A stretch of 64,000 bases of DNA. Origin: an uncultured Verrucomicrobiae bacterium (GTDB taxonomy: Bacteria > Chlamydiota > Chlamydiia > Chlamydiales > Rhabdochlamydiaceae). The position numbers were made by a program, and so were the translations under genes. The notes under the pieces are model-generated. The model was given only the letters and a program-made list of their open reading frames with translations. It did not search any database and was not told where the DNA came from. This document shows, in pieces, positions 1-8,623 of this stretch (its first letter is position 1; every line of letters begins with the position of its first letter). The DNA is taken from contig CAWDYW010000001.1 of NCBI GenBank assembly GCA_963806855.1, positions 864,001-928,000 on the forward strand. Direction: 5' to 3'.

Positions 1-351
1 GTTTTGCGTGTCGAAGACCCTCGAGCGACCATCCTCTATCAATTTGTCAAGGAACATAGTCCCGATCATCCCCTGGTCAAAATTGCCCTCCTCCTGCGAA
101 AAGTGGGGCCAAAAATTCTAAAAGCAGACCCCAAAATCGCCGATCCCTACCCCAACGTCGATGCCATTTCTGGCACGATGCTCGCCGCTGCCGGCTTCCC
201 GTACCCCGACTATTTTACCCTGCTCTTCGGCTTGGCCCGCTGCGTGGGGATCGCGATCCAGATCGTCTATGAACGGCTCGAGGCCCGCGATGGCAAAGGG
301 ACCCCGATCGTCCGTCCCAAATATCTCTACAAAGCTAGATCTACTCGTTAA
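1..351 (+). CDS. gltA: Citrate synthase, C-terminal part (runs in from window edge)
   Basis: DPR motif, YPNVDAISG catalytic Asp region, FT-LF-LAR and terminal RP-Y-Y typical of citrate synthase. Confidence 0.85.
   Translation, partial: VLRVEDPRATILYQFVKEHSPDHPLVKIALLLRKVGPKILKADPKIADPYPNVDAISGTMLAAAGFPYPDYFTLLFGLARCVGIAIQIVYERLEARDGKGTPIVRPKYLYKARSTR
183..334 (+). repeat. Direct repeat copy A (152 bp, citrate synthase 3' end)
   Basis: Aligns ungapped with 1502-1653, 9 mismatches. Confidence 0.95.
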
Positions 352-502
352 GTCGCTATTTTGTAACGACCACGCTATTAGTGAGTTAAAGTCATTATTT
401 ATATTAAAATATTTCTATATATTTTTATTGATAAAAATGCATTTTATTGTATATAATTATTATAAGGATTGATGTGTAATTATATAAAAATGAGGCAAAG
501 GC

Positions 503-1420
503 ATGTCTATAGTAAGTGATGGGAAAATTTTCGTTCTTTTTGGGACTTCGTCTTCTGGGAAAAGTTCTGTGATAAATGCCTTGAGGGGCGCTGATCCTTC
601 TTGGGTAGAGATGGGCCCAGACCTAGCTGGATTTCTTCACATGGCTGACATGATTAAAGAGACCTTCCCACTAGAATATGAAAAGATGTCGCAGGGGTTG
701 AGCCACACAGAAATTGCTCATGCAATTGTTGATGTTTTTTTTAAGGCGAAAGAGGGAAAAGATAGCGATTTAGGTTTTCTCCATTGGAAAGGTGGAAGTT
801 ATTCAAAAGCAGAAATTTTAAATCATATACATGAGGTAGCAAAAAATCCTGCTTTTGCTCCACTTGATCAGTCAATGTACGCGAAAGAGACTGCGGAGAA
901 AGTGAATCAGAAAATGATTGATTTTATCTGTTCTAACAGTAAACAGGGTCGTCCTGTTTTTGTAGATGGAATGGGGCCTGATATGATTGAAGCCTTTTTA
1001 AAGCAAACAGATGGCTTTCCTGTTAAAACAGGGCTTGCCTATGTTCCACTACATCATTTAGCGGATCGTGTCACCAAGCGTAATGAAACAGCAAAAATAA
1101 CGGGGGACGATGCAGAGGTTCGTTCCTACGAACAAATAACAATTCAATTTCTCGAGCACTATAAACGTGCTGAATCTGGTGAACCTGTTATTGGTCACAT
1201 ATCTTTAGAAAAAGTAGAAAGAGCGTTCAGTAAGATGCAAGCAAAAGACAAAAAAGAAGAAGAAGCTTTAGGCTCCTTAAAAATTAAGTTGATAGAAGAA
1301 TACAGGTTAACCGGTCACGACAAAATACCTCTTACAAGTCGTTTCCCATATCACGTTCTAGTTAAAACAAAAAATCCTCCTCAGGAGTCTGTTCAGCGTG
1401 TTTTGGAAAGCCATCTTTAA
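503..1420 (+). CDS. P-loop kinase-like protein (AT-rich accessory gene)
   Basis: N-terminal Walker A GTSSSGKS, hhhhDG motif (VFVDG), nucleotide-kinase-like layout. Confidence 0.6.
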   Translation: MSIVSDGKIFVLFGTSSSGKSSVINALRGADPSWVEMGPDLAGFLHMADMIKETFPLEYEKMSQGLSHTEIAHAIVDVFFKAKEGKDSDLGFLHWKGGSYSKAEILNHIHEVAKNPAFAPLDQSMYAKETAEKVNQKMIDFICSNSKQGRPVFVDGMGPDMIEAFLKQTDGFPVKTGLAYVPLHHLADRVTKRNETAKITGDDAEVRSYEQITIQFLEHYKRAESGEPVIGHISLEKVERAFSKMQAKDKKEEEALGSLKIKLIEEYRLTGHDKIPLTSRFPYHVLVKTKNPPQESVQRVLESHL

Positions 1421-1501
1421 TAGCATCTGAATCTCAAGTAAAAAGCTCATCAATAACAATTTGGTTATCCACATTCCCCAAATAGCCTCCGGTTGTAGAT
1501 G

Positions 1502-1682
1502 CGCCGCTGCCGGCTTCCCATACCCCGACTATTTTACCCTCCTGTTCGGCCTGGCCCGTTGCGTGGGGATCGCGATCCAGATCGTCTATGAACGGCTCGA
1601 GGCCCGCGATGGGAAAGGAACCCCGATCGTCCGTCCCAAATACCTCTATAAAGTTCGTACTCCACACAAGCGCAGCGTGTAA
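1502..1682 (+). pseudogene. Orphan duplicate of citrate synthase 3' end (repeat copy B, 1502-1653)
   Basis: Encodes AAAGFPYPDYF...RPKYLYK identical to 184-333; no upstream gene body. Confidence 0.85.
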
Positions 1683-1744
1683 AAATTTTCTGGCAGGCGT
1701 TGTTGCATTTTGCTATAATATTTCCTAAATTTCGAGGATGTTTT

Positions 1745-2488
1745 ATGTCGATACAAGCCACTCAATTTTCACCTACAGCATATGCCCTAGACAAGGCGGA
1801 AGAATTCTTTGCAATCGATAAAACAGATGGAGTTCTTTTACAGGCTACTAAAATTATTAGCAGTACATTAACAAAAGTTGCTCTAGCTGTCGCAGGTGTT
1901 GTTGAAATAGTTGCATTAGTTGTTTTGTTAATGATTGCATTTCCTTTCATAAATGATATCACATATCATTCATTGCAAAATCGTATTGAATTAGCCGAGC
2001 GCTCTATTATTGCAGTTAGTGAATGGGAACTTCGTTCAGATGAAGCGACTGATAAGACTCATAGTCTCTGGCCTAATGAAAAGTATATTTTAAAAGCTGC
2101 CGGGTTAGGCGATCTGATCAAAAATGATGATATTTTCTTAGATGATATGACTCTAAAAAAAATTGAAAATAGGTTAAGTTATATCGATGCCTATATCAGC
2201 TCCCAATATTTTTCATCATATGGGAATAGGGTAAACTATTGGTTAGGATATGGAGACATAAACAAGCATTTAACATTAAAAAAAGATCTGAAAATCGTGC
2301 TTACAAAACTGCAAGACCCGAAAAGAATTGAAAATGATTTAGGAACTGCAATTTCAGGATTATTCGCACTTTTTCTTTTCCCCCCATTAGGATTGCTTTT
2401 CCTTGCGCCAAATTCTTATTCTGGTACCTATACAGAGGACCAAATCACACCTTTTAATCAAGAGTTTAAGTGTGATATACTTCCATAA
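1745..2488 (+). CDS. Hypothetical membrane protein (hydrophobic hairpins, possibly Inc-like)
   Basis: ATG at 1745 after GAGG; long hydrophobic segments; TGcTATAAT upstream at 1711-1719. Confidence 0.65.
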   Translation: MSIQATQFSPTAYALDKAEEFFAIDKTDGVLLQATKIISSTLTKVALAVAGVVEIVALVVLLMIAFPFINDITYHSLQNRIELAERSIIAVSEWELRSDEATDKTHSLWPNEKYILKAAGLGDLIKNDDIFLDDMTLKKIENRLSYIDAYISSQYFSSYGNRVNYWLGYGDINKHLTLKKDLKIVLTKLQDPKRIENDLGTAISGLFALFLFPPLGLLFLAPNSYSGTYTEDQITPFNQEFKCDILP

Positions 2489-2520
2489 TTAACTGGCTGT
2501 CATTTTATTAAAATTATTTA

Positions 2521-2549
2521 TTGCTAAAATTTTAACTCTAGAATATAAT
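2521..2549 (+). promoter_or_regulatory. Sigma66/sigma70-type promoter
   Basis: TTGCTA-N17-TATAAT upstream of the 2598 ORF. Confidence 0.6.
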
Positions 2550-2597
2550 TCATTGTCAGCTCTATAATTCTATAGAACAAATAAGGAGTTATTCAAG

Positions 2598-3299
2598 ATG
2601 GTATCTGAATTAAGATCGGTTGTAGCAGAAAAATTCTGTAATTATGTAGGACAGTCAGTATGTTCAAAGCTATCCAACCCGCCGGTGATCGGCGCACTCA
2701 TGATTGGAGCTGCTGGGATAGCTATAACTGCGGCAATTCAGTGGAGATGGAAAACATCGACTGTTAACCAATTCCCAGCATTAACTGTTAACCAATTCCC
2801 AACATTATCTGCACCTAAGCTAGAGATTACTAAATTATATGAGACGCGATACCCTATAATCCTTGGTCCAACAAAAAATCCTCCAGATTTACTAAATCTT
2901 GCTCCCTATCTATTAGGTGATTTAAGGTGTGGTGATGGCCAGGAGATTCCACTTTTAGAAGGCGATTATCTCATTCATGTAGAGCTCAACAATAGCAAAG
3001 CTTGGGGAAAACAAAATTATCTTCTTCCTGCTTATCTAGTTAGAAGATTGTCGCCGCATCTGCCATACATAATTCAATATAAGAATGAACAGAAAATCCT
3101 GACTATATCAGAAGGTCTTCACAAAAGCTTAGCGCAAACATTAGAAAGCTGGGAAAACAAATATTATGCTGAACCCGGGGCATTCTCGAATGAACCTATG
3201 CAGGTAATCAAAATACTTCCCAAAGACTGTGGGGGAGATGTTGGCCCTTCAATGAGTAGTTTTTTGCAAGCCAAAAGATACCTGTTCCCGCCAAAATAG
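2598..3299 (+). CDS. Hypothetical protein with one N-terminal TM segment
   Basis: 233-aa ORF, AAGGAG RBS, promoter upstream. Confidence 0.7.
   Translation: MVSELRSVVAEKFCNYVGQSVCSKLSNPPVIGALMIGAAGIAITAAIQWRWKTSTVNQFPALTVNQFPTLSAPKLEITKLYETRYPIILGPTKNPPDLLNLAPYLLGDLRCGDGQEIPLLEGDYLIHVELNNSKAWGKQNYLLPAYLVRRLSPHLPYIIQYKNEQKILTISEGLHKSLAQTLESWENKYYAEPGAFSNEPMQVIKILPKDCGGDVGPSMSSFLQAKRYLFPPK
2760..2807 (+). repeat. In-frame 24-bp tandem duplication (TVNQFPAL/TVNQFPTL)
   Basis: actgttaaccaattcccagcatta / actgttaaccaattcccaacatta. Confidence 0.9.
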
Positions 3300-3376
3300 G
3301 CCTGCTTTGTTTTGAAAAATCGATATTTTTCCTGCGTCTTTGCGTTTATTTCAGGCTCATTTTATACTAGTCAAAT

Positions 3377-4195
3377 ATGAGCTCAGCAGATTTCGAAAAA
3401 ATTTTTAACCGTTCCTTCAGCTATTCCTTCTCGAAAAAGAAGTTGCTCCTCGTCTTCCCGGTGCTCGTTTTGTGCGGGCTGCTCGCTGTCATTTGCCGCA
3501 CCATTTCCTTCGGTTCTGGACAATGGATGCAGATGAGCATGGCATTTCTGCCGATGTTTTTGTGCGCAGGCTTTTTACTTGCGCTGGGCCTCATCCTGGT
3601 GCGGATTTACCATCAGGAGCTGAAAGGGGGCGAGATCAAGGTTTTGAACATCATCAGAGATTGTAGAGATCTCATCTATGGCATTCCCTATTTGACCGTC
3701 CCATTGATCTTCTCTTATCTAGTCTTGTGGATGGTCCTCGGGCTCTTCTATCTCATGAGGCTGATCCCCCACGCGGGCGAGGTGGTCTCGGCGATCTTCT
3801 CCTTCGGCCCTTTTCTACTCGTTCTTGGATCCCTTTTTCTCGGCTGTTTGTCTCTTTTGATTTTATTTTATATTACACCTGCCGCAGCGCTGAGATCGGA
3901 TTTGAGCCCGCGCCTGGCTGAAGAGGTGCTGACTGAGATAAAAGCGAATCCTTTCCTCAGTTTCATCATGCCTCTATTTGCTCTACTTCCCCTCTTGCTC
4001 GTCATCGGGATTTTGTCTCTGGCAGCGGTGGTAACGCACATTTTGTATGTCGAAGCTAGCGATAGCCTTACATTGGCCCTCAAATGGTTCTTCATCATGA
4101 TCCCTTTCAGTGCTATTCTGACGCCGGCTGTCATCTTCTTCTTCAACTTCGCTGCAGAAAGTCATGTCTTTTTGCGCAAGCGCATACAACAATGA
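3377..4195 (+). CDS. Multi-pass integral membrane protein
   Basis: About 6 hydrophobic helices; ATGA overlap with next gene. Confidence 0.75.
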   Translation: MSSADFEKIFNRSFSYSFSKKKLLLVFPVLVLCGLLAVICRTISFGSGQWMQMSMAFLPMFLCAGFLLALGLILVRIYHQELKGGEIKVLNIIRDCRDLIYGIPYLTVPLIFSYLVLWMVLGLFYLMRLIPHAGEVVSAIFSFGPFLLVLGSLFLGCLSLLILFYITPAAALRSDLSPRLAEEVLTEIKANPFLSFIMPLFALLPLLLVIGILSLAAVVTHILYVEASDSLTLALKWFFIMIPFSAILTPAVIFFFNFAAESHVFLRKRIQQ

Positions 4196-5124
4196 AAAAG
4201 ATCGCCATCATCGGAGCTGGATTCGCGGGACTCAGCTCAGCCTATTTTTTGTTAAAATCGGGTGAGGTTGCTGTCACGATATTTGAAGCCGATCGGATCG
4301 GTGCAGGAGCTTCAGGGGTCTGCAGCGGCCTATTACATCCTTATCCCGGCCTCAGCGCGCGGCGTAGTTTTAAGGCCGAAGAGGCTCTTAGCCTTACAAA
4401 ACAGCTGATCCGTATCGCAGAGGAGCATACACCCAAAGTGGTCGCACGTCAGCAGGGGATTTTGCGCAAAAGCATGAATCTCGATCAAAGGGAGAGGCTC
4501 CTGCAACACTGCAGTCAGTGGGGCGATGTGGAACAGCTCGAGCAAGATCTCTTTTTGATCCATTCTGGGATCACCGTGCTCTCGGAGAATTATCTAGAGG
4601 GATTATCGGCAGCTCTAATCAAAATGGGGGCGGAAATCGTCATTCAAAAAATCGAGACTCTGGGGCAGCTCGAAGGCTTCGACCACATTGTTGTCGCGGC
4701 AGGGTATGGTGTCCGCAGCTTCCCCGAGTGTCAGCATCTCAAGATCAAATTTTTAAAAGGGCAGAGTCTGCGGCTGGAGGGGAAGCCTCCTCTGGAAAAG
4801 AGTCTGATCTCGCAAGGGTATATCGCCCATATCGGCAGCGCTACCCATTTCGAATTGGGCTCCACCTATGAGAAGGAATTTGATGATGACCTTCCACAGA
4901 TCGAGCGGGCTAAGGAACTGCTCAAGGAAAAATTGGCCTATTGCCAAGGGGCCAAAATCATCCAATGCAAGGCGGGGGTGCGGGTCGCATCTGTGGGCCA
5001 TTATGTGCCGCTCATCGAAAAAATAGCCCCCAATGCCCACGTCTTCACCGGCCTCGGGTCAAGAGGGCTGCTCTACCACGGACTCTATGGAATGGCTCTT
5101 TCCAATAAGATCCTTTTAGCTTAA
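4192..5124 (+). CDS. FAD-dependent oxidoreductase (DAO/glycine oxidase-like)
   Basis: MKKIAIIGAGFAG Rossmann motif, GASG, C-terminal GLGSRG; start moved to ATG 4192. Confidence 0.85.
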   Translation: MKKIAIIGAGFAGLSSAYFLLKSGEVAVTIFEADRIGAGASGVCSGLLHPYPGLSARRSFKAEEALSLTKQLIRIAEEHTPKVVARQQGILRKSMNLDQRERLLQHCSQWGDVEQLEQDLFLIHSGITVLSENYLEGLSAALIKMGAEIVIQKIETLGQLEGFDHIVVAAGYGVRSFPECQHLKIKFLKGQSLRLEGKPPLEKSLISQGYIAHIGSATHFELGSTYEKEFDDDLPQIERAKELLKEKLAYCQGAKIIQCKAGVRVASVGHYVPLIEKIAPNAHVFTGLGSRGLLYHGLYGMALSNKILLA

Positions 5125-5134
5125 ACTTTGATCC

Positions 5135-5920
5135 ATGCAAGGGACACTACTCTTTTTAGGTACCGGGGGATCCGCCGGGGTTCCCATCATCGGCTGCAAA
5201 TGCCGGGTCTGCCAATCCACTTCTATCTTCAATAAACGGGCGCGCCCATCTGCCTTATTGAAAATCGGAAAAAAGTTCTTTCTGATCGACTCGGGGCCCG
5301 ATTTTCGCTCGCAGGCGCTCCACTATGGAATCGACAAGCTGAATGGGGTCATCTTGACTCACACCCACTACGACCATGTGGGGGGCCTCGATGAACTGCG
5401 CGTTTTCTACTTTATGCAACATATCCGGATGCCGATGCTCGCTTCGATTGAAACCTACAATGAGCTGCGTCACCGTTTCCACTATCTTTTCATGACCAAA
5501 CAGGCCGACGGGACGCTCCAGTCGCAGTTCGATTTCCAAATTTTGGAAGATGATTTTGGCACGACCCACTTTCAAGGGATCAAAGTGCACTATGTGAGCT
5601 ATGCCCAAGCCAATATGAAGGTGACCGGCTACCAATTTGGCGATTTGGCCTACATCTCCGATATTCGGGAATATGATGAGAAGGTGATTGAGTCGCTGCA
5701 AGGGGTCGACACGCTGATCATCAGCGCTCTTCGCTATACCCGTTCTGACGTCCATTTCAATATCGATGAGGCGATCGAATTTAGCCAAAAAGTGGGAGCG
5801 AGAAGGACATTTTTCACCCATATTTCCCACGAATTGGACCATGAAGAGACCAATAACCAATTGCCCGAAAATTTCCGGCTAGCCCACGACGGATTGGAGA
5901 TCCATTTCACCTATGAATAA
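5135..5920 (+). CDS. phnP: MBL-fold metallo-hydrolase, PhnP family
   Basis: LGTG.S.GVP..GC.C..C, THTHYDH, THISH, AHDG motifs. Confidence 0.85.
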   Translation: MQGTLLFLGTGGSAGVPIIGCKCRVCQSTSIFNKRARPSALLKIGKKFFLIDSGPDFRSQALHYGIDKLNGVILTHTHYDHVGGLDELRVFYFMQHIRMPMLASIETYNELRHRFHYLFMTKQADGTLQSQFDFQILEDDFGTTHFQGIKVHYVSYAQANMKVTGYQFGDLAYISDIREYDEKVIESLQGVDTLIISALRYTRSDVHFNIDEAIEFSQKVGARRTFFTHISHELDHEETNNQLPENFRLAHDGLEIHFTYE

Positions 5921-7160
5921 AGCATTACTAATTGGCTTCTATCTCAAAACTGCAGATCTAAGCAGCTGCGAGGAATCTCTAGAAGAGCTGGAGAGATTAG
6001 CCGACACTTTTGGCCTGGAGACGATTGACAAAGTCGCTTGCTCACTGAAAAAAATCACCGCCGCGACGCTGCTTGGCGAAGGGAAGATAAAAGAGCTCTT
6101 TGGCCTTTGCGAAGAATACCAAATCGACATTGTGATCTTCGATGAGGAGATCAGCCCCCATCAGCAGCGCAATCTGGAAAAGATTTTTAAGCGGCCCGTG
6201 ATTGACCGGACAGAGCTCATTTTAGAGGTGTTTGCGCAAAGAGCCCAGACTCGAGAGGCCAGATTGCAAATCGAGCTGGCCAAAATCCGCTACGAGATGC
6301 CCCGCCTGAAGCGGATGTGGACCCACTTATCACGCCAGACAGCGGGAGGAGGGGGATTCACCAAAGGGGCTGGTGAAAAGCAGATCGAGCTCGATAGGCG
6401 GATGCTTCGCAATCGAGTGGAGCGGCTCCAAAAAGAGATCGAAGAGGTGCGAGCCCATCGACAGATTCAACGCTCAGCGCGTCTTAGGACCGGCATTCCC
6501 ACTTTTGCAATCGTCGGCTACACCAACGCGGGTAAATCGACCCTCTTAAAAGCGCTGACCCAGGCCGATGTGCTTGTCGAGGATAAACTCTTTGCGACAC
6601 TCGATACCACGACTCGCAAATATATCCTGCCAAACAATCAGCAAATTCTCTTGGTCGATACGGTAGGTTTCATCCGCAAAATTCCTCACACCGTCATTGC
6701 AGCGTTCAAAAGCACACTAGAAGAGGCGATCCACACTGATGTCCTTCTGCACCTCGTCGACGCTAGCAGTGCGCAAGCGATGAGTCAGGCCGAGGCCACG
6801 ATCAAGGTCCTGGAAGAATTGGGAGTCTCCGATCAACCGATCATTACTGTGCTCAACAAAATCGATCAATGCACTGACCAGAACATGCTGCAAAAACTGC
6901 GCCTCAAGTTCCCCAACACCGTCCAGATCTCTGCCCTCGAGCAGAGAGGATTTCCCCAGCTGATGGCGCAGATGATCAAGGCGATCGAATCGCTCCGAAA
7001 AAAAATGCATCTGTGCATCCCCCAAAGCCACTATGCCCTCGTCAGCGAACTGATGCGCGATGGACGGGTCATCTCGATCGAATACGAGGAAAATGACGTC
7101 CTCATGGAAGTGGAGATTCCCGCCCGCTTAGAGCAAAAAGTGGGGCAATTCGTCCGATGA
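5913..7160 (+). CDS. hflX: GTPase HflX
   Basis: GYTNAGKS, LFATLD, DTVGFI, NKID motifs. Confidence 0.95.
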   Translation: MNKALLIGFYLKTADLSSCEESLEELERLADTFGLETIDKVACSLKKITAATLLGEGKIKELFGLCEEYQIDIVIFDEEISPHQQRNLEKIFKRPVIDRTELILEVFAQRAQTREARLQIELAKIRYEMPRLKRMWTHLSRQTAGGGGFTKGAGEKQIELDRRMLRNRVERLQKEIEEVRAHRQIQRSARLRTGIPTFAIVGYTNAGKSTLLKALTQADVLVEDKLFATLDTTTRKYILPNNQQILLVDTVGFIRKIPHTVIAAFKSTLEEAIHTDVLLHLVDASSAQAMSQAEATIKVLEELGVSDQPIITVLNKIDQCTDQNMLQKLRLKFPNTVQISALEQRGFPQLMAQMIKAIESLRKKMHLCIPQSHYALVSELMRDGRVISIEYEENDVLMEVEIPARLEQKVGQFVR

Positions 7161-7900
7161 GCTTGTGCGACAAGATGCCCCTCTCCGAGCTGCCTCGCGA
7201 GCGGCTGATGCGCGATGGAGTCCAGGCCCTCTCAATGCAAGAGCTCATCGCCATTCTTCTCGGTACAGGAACCCAAGGCAAATCGGTCCTCATCTTGGCC
7301 CAAGAGCTACTGCTCCATTTTGGTGGAATCGAAGGGCTCCGCGAAGCCTCAGTTGAAGAGCTGATCCAAATCAAGGGGATGGGGAAGGCCAAAGCGATCA
7401 CTCTGAAAGCCGCTTTGGGAATTGCGCAGCGGGCAGCCCAAGAAAAAGAGCCTCCGCAAAAAAAGATCATCACCGTGCAGGATGCCCTCGCAATCGCGCA
7501 GCCCCTCATCGGCCATCTGAGAAAAGAGGCGCTTCTCGTGATTTTGCGCGATGTGAAATGCCGTCTGATCCACAGAGAGGTGGTCAGCTTAGGAACGCTA
7601 TCGGAAGTGCTTGTCCATCCGCGCGAGGTCTTCCAGCTCGCGATCAAACATGGGGCCCATAGCCTCATCGTCTGCCATAATCACCCGAGCGGCGATCCAC
7701 AGCCATCGCAAGCCGATATCGTGCTGACGAAGCAGCTACTCGAGTGTGCAAAGCTTATGGGTGTGGGGTTGATCGATCATCTGATCGTCTGCAAGGATAG
7801 TTATTATTCTTTTCGAAAAATACCCCCCGCGGTGCAAAATGGTGAATTTGGAACGCGCCAAAGCCCCGCGGTTGAAGTCGCAGAAAGGGGGCAATATTAA
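7157..7900 (+). CDS. radC: RadC/JAB-domain protein; C-terminal ~26 aa encoded by a palindromic element
   Basis: PRERL, HhH, VHPREVF, HNHPSGDPQPS..D JAMM motif, LIDHLIV. Confidence 0.9.
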   Translation: MSLCDKMPLSELPRERLMRDGVQALSMQELIAILLGTGTQGKSVLILAQELLLHFGGIEGLREASVEELIQIKGMGKAKAITLKAALGIAQRAAQEKEPPQKKIITVQDALAIAQPLIGHLRKEALLVILRDVKCRLIHREVVSLGTLSEVLVHPREVFQLAIKHGAHSLIVCHNHPSGDPQPSQADIVLTKQLLECAKLMGVGLIDHLIVCKDSYYSFRKIPPAVQNGEFGTRQSPAVEVAERGQY

Positions 7901-7985
7901 TTCTAATATGGCCCCCTTTCTGCGACTTCAACCCCGGGAGCTTTCGCGCGGCTCCAAATTCACCATTTTGCACCGCGGGGGGTAT
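7820..7985. repeat. Long palindromic element E1 (~166 bp)
   Basis: ataccccccgcggtgcaaaatggtgaatttgg...ccaaattcaccattttgcaccgcggggggtat; arms of about 80 bp, 4-nt loop. Confidence 0.92.
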
Positions 7986-7993
7986 AAATAAGA

Positions 7994-8017
7994 AACGCCC
8001 CTTAAAAAAGGGGCGTT
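7994..8017 (-). terminator. Rho-independent terminator hairpin between convergent genes
   Basis: aacgcccctt-aaaa-aaggggcgtt flanked by A/T tracts. Confidence 0.65.
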
Positions 8018-8045
8018 AAAAGAATGTACAGAGTCATTCACTAAG

Positions 8046-8483
8046 TTATTTTGCAGTAACTGTAGCTGTTGAAGTTGTTGTTCCTTTTGGATCAACTTTT
8101 ACTTCTGTTTTTACTTCTGCTTTACCATAACCAAACAGTGCGCAGCAGTTGCTGAATAGTCTAGCAATTGTGCCGAGAATAAATTTGGGAAGGTAGTAAG
8201 GGATGAAGCCGAGAACGAGTTTCCATGTAGGAGTCTTTTCGTTTTCTTTTTCTCTAGCTTTTTTATCGTCTGCAATTTTCTGTGCATCCGCATCAGCTTT
8301 TACTTTAGCATCATACTCTGTTTGTAGAGATGAAAGTGTAGATTTGGATTCGCCACGAATAAAATTCAAAGCTACATAGTTTGGTTGAACTTTTCCATCT
8401 ACAACTTTGTGGCCGTTGAACTCTGTTACAACAGGCTGAGCTGGTGTTGCGGCTGGTGCTGCATTACTTACTGGGTTTGTCAT
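8046..8483 (-). CDS. Hypothetical protein, candidate secreted/effector-like
   Basis: GGAGG RBS; Ser/Thr/Pro/Ala-rich N-terminus, charged coiled region, hydrophobic segment. Confidence 0.7.
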   Translation of the reverse strand: MTNPVSNAAPAATPAQPVVTEFNGHKVVDGKVQPNYVALNFIRGESKSTLSSLQTEYDAKVKADADAQKIADDKKAREKENEKTPTWKLVLGFIPYYLPKFILGTIARLFSNCCALFGYGKAEVKTEVKVDPKGTTTSTATVTAK

Positions 8484-8587
8484 GTTTTACCTCCAAAGGG
8501 TTTGTGAATGGTTCAGATTATATGTAAGCATAAGATTTTTTGCCAATAGCTTTTTTTAAGATTTTGTTGTCTCATTCTAAAGGTCCC

Positions 8588-8616
8588 TTGAATCTCCGGT
8601 AAGGATCTGCTATAAT
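8588..8616 (+). promoter_or_regulatory. Sigma66 promoter of mtaB
   Basis: TTGAAT-N17-TATAAT with extended TG; ATG 7 nt downstream. Confidence 0.7.
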
Positions 8617-8623
8617 GTTCCCA

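Noticed and set aside
1465..1473. Replication origin suggested by a perfect DnaA box
   Set aside because: Single box; no cluster or origin-associated gene context
183..1653. Diversity-generating retroelement TR/VR pair
   Set aside because: Differences are not adenine-specific, all are synonymous, and no reverse transcriptase is present
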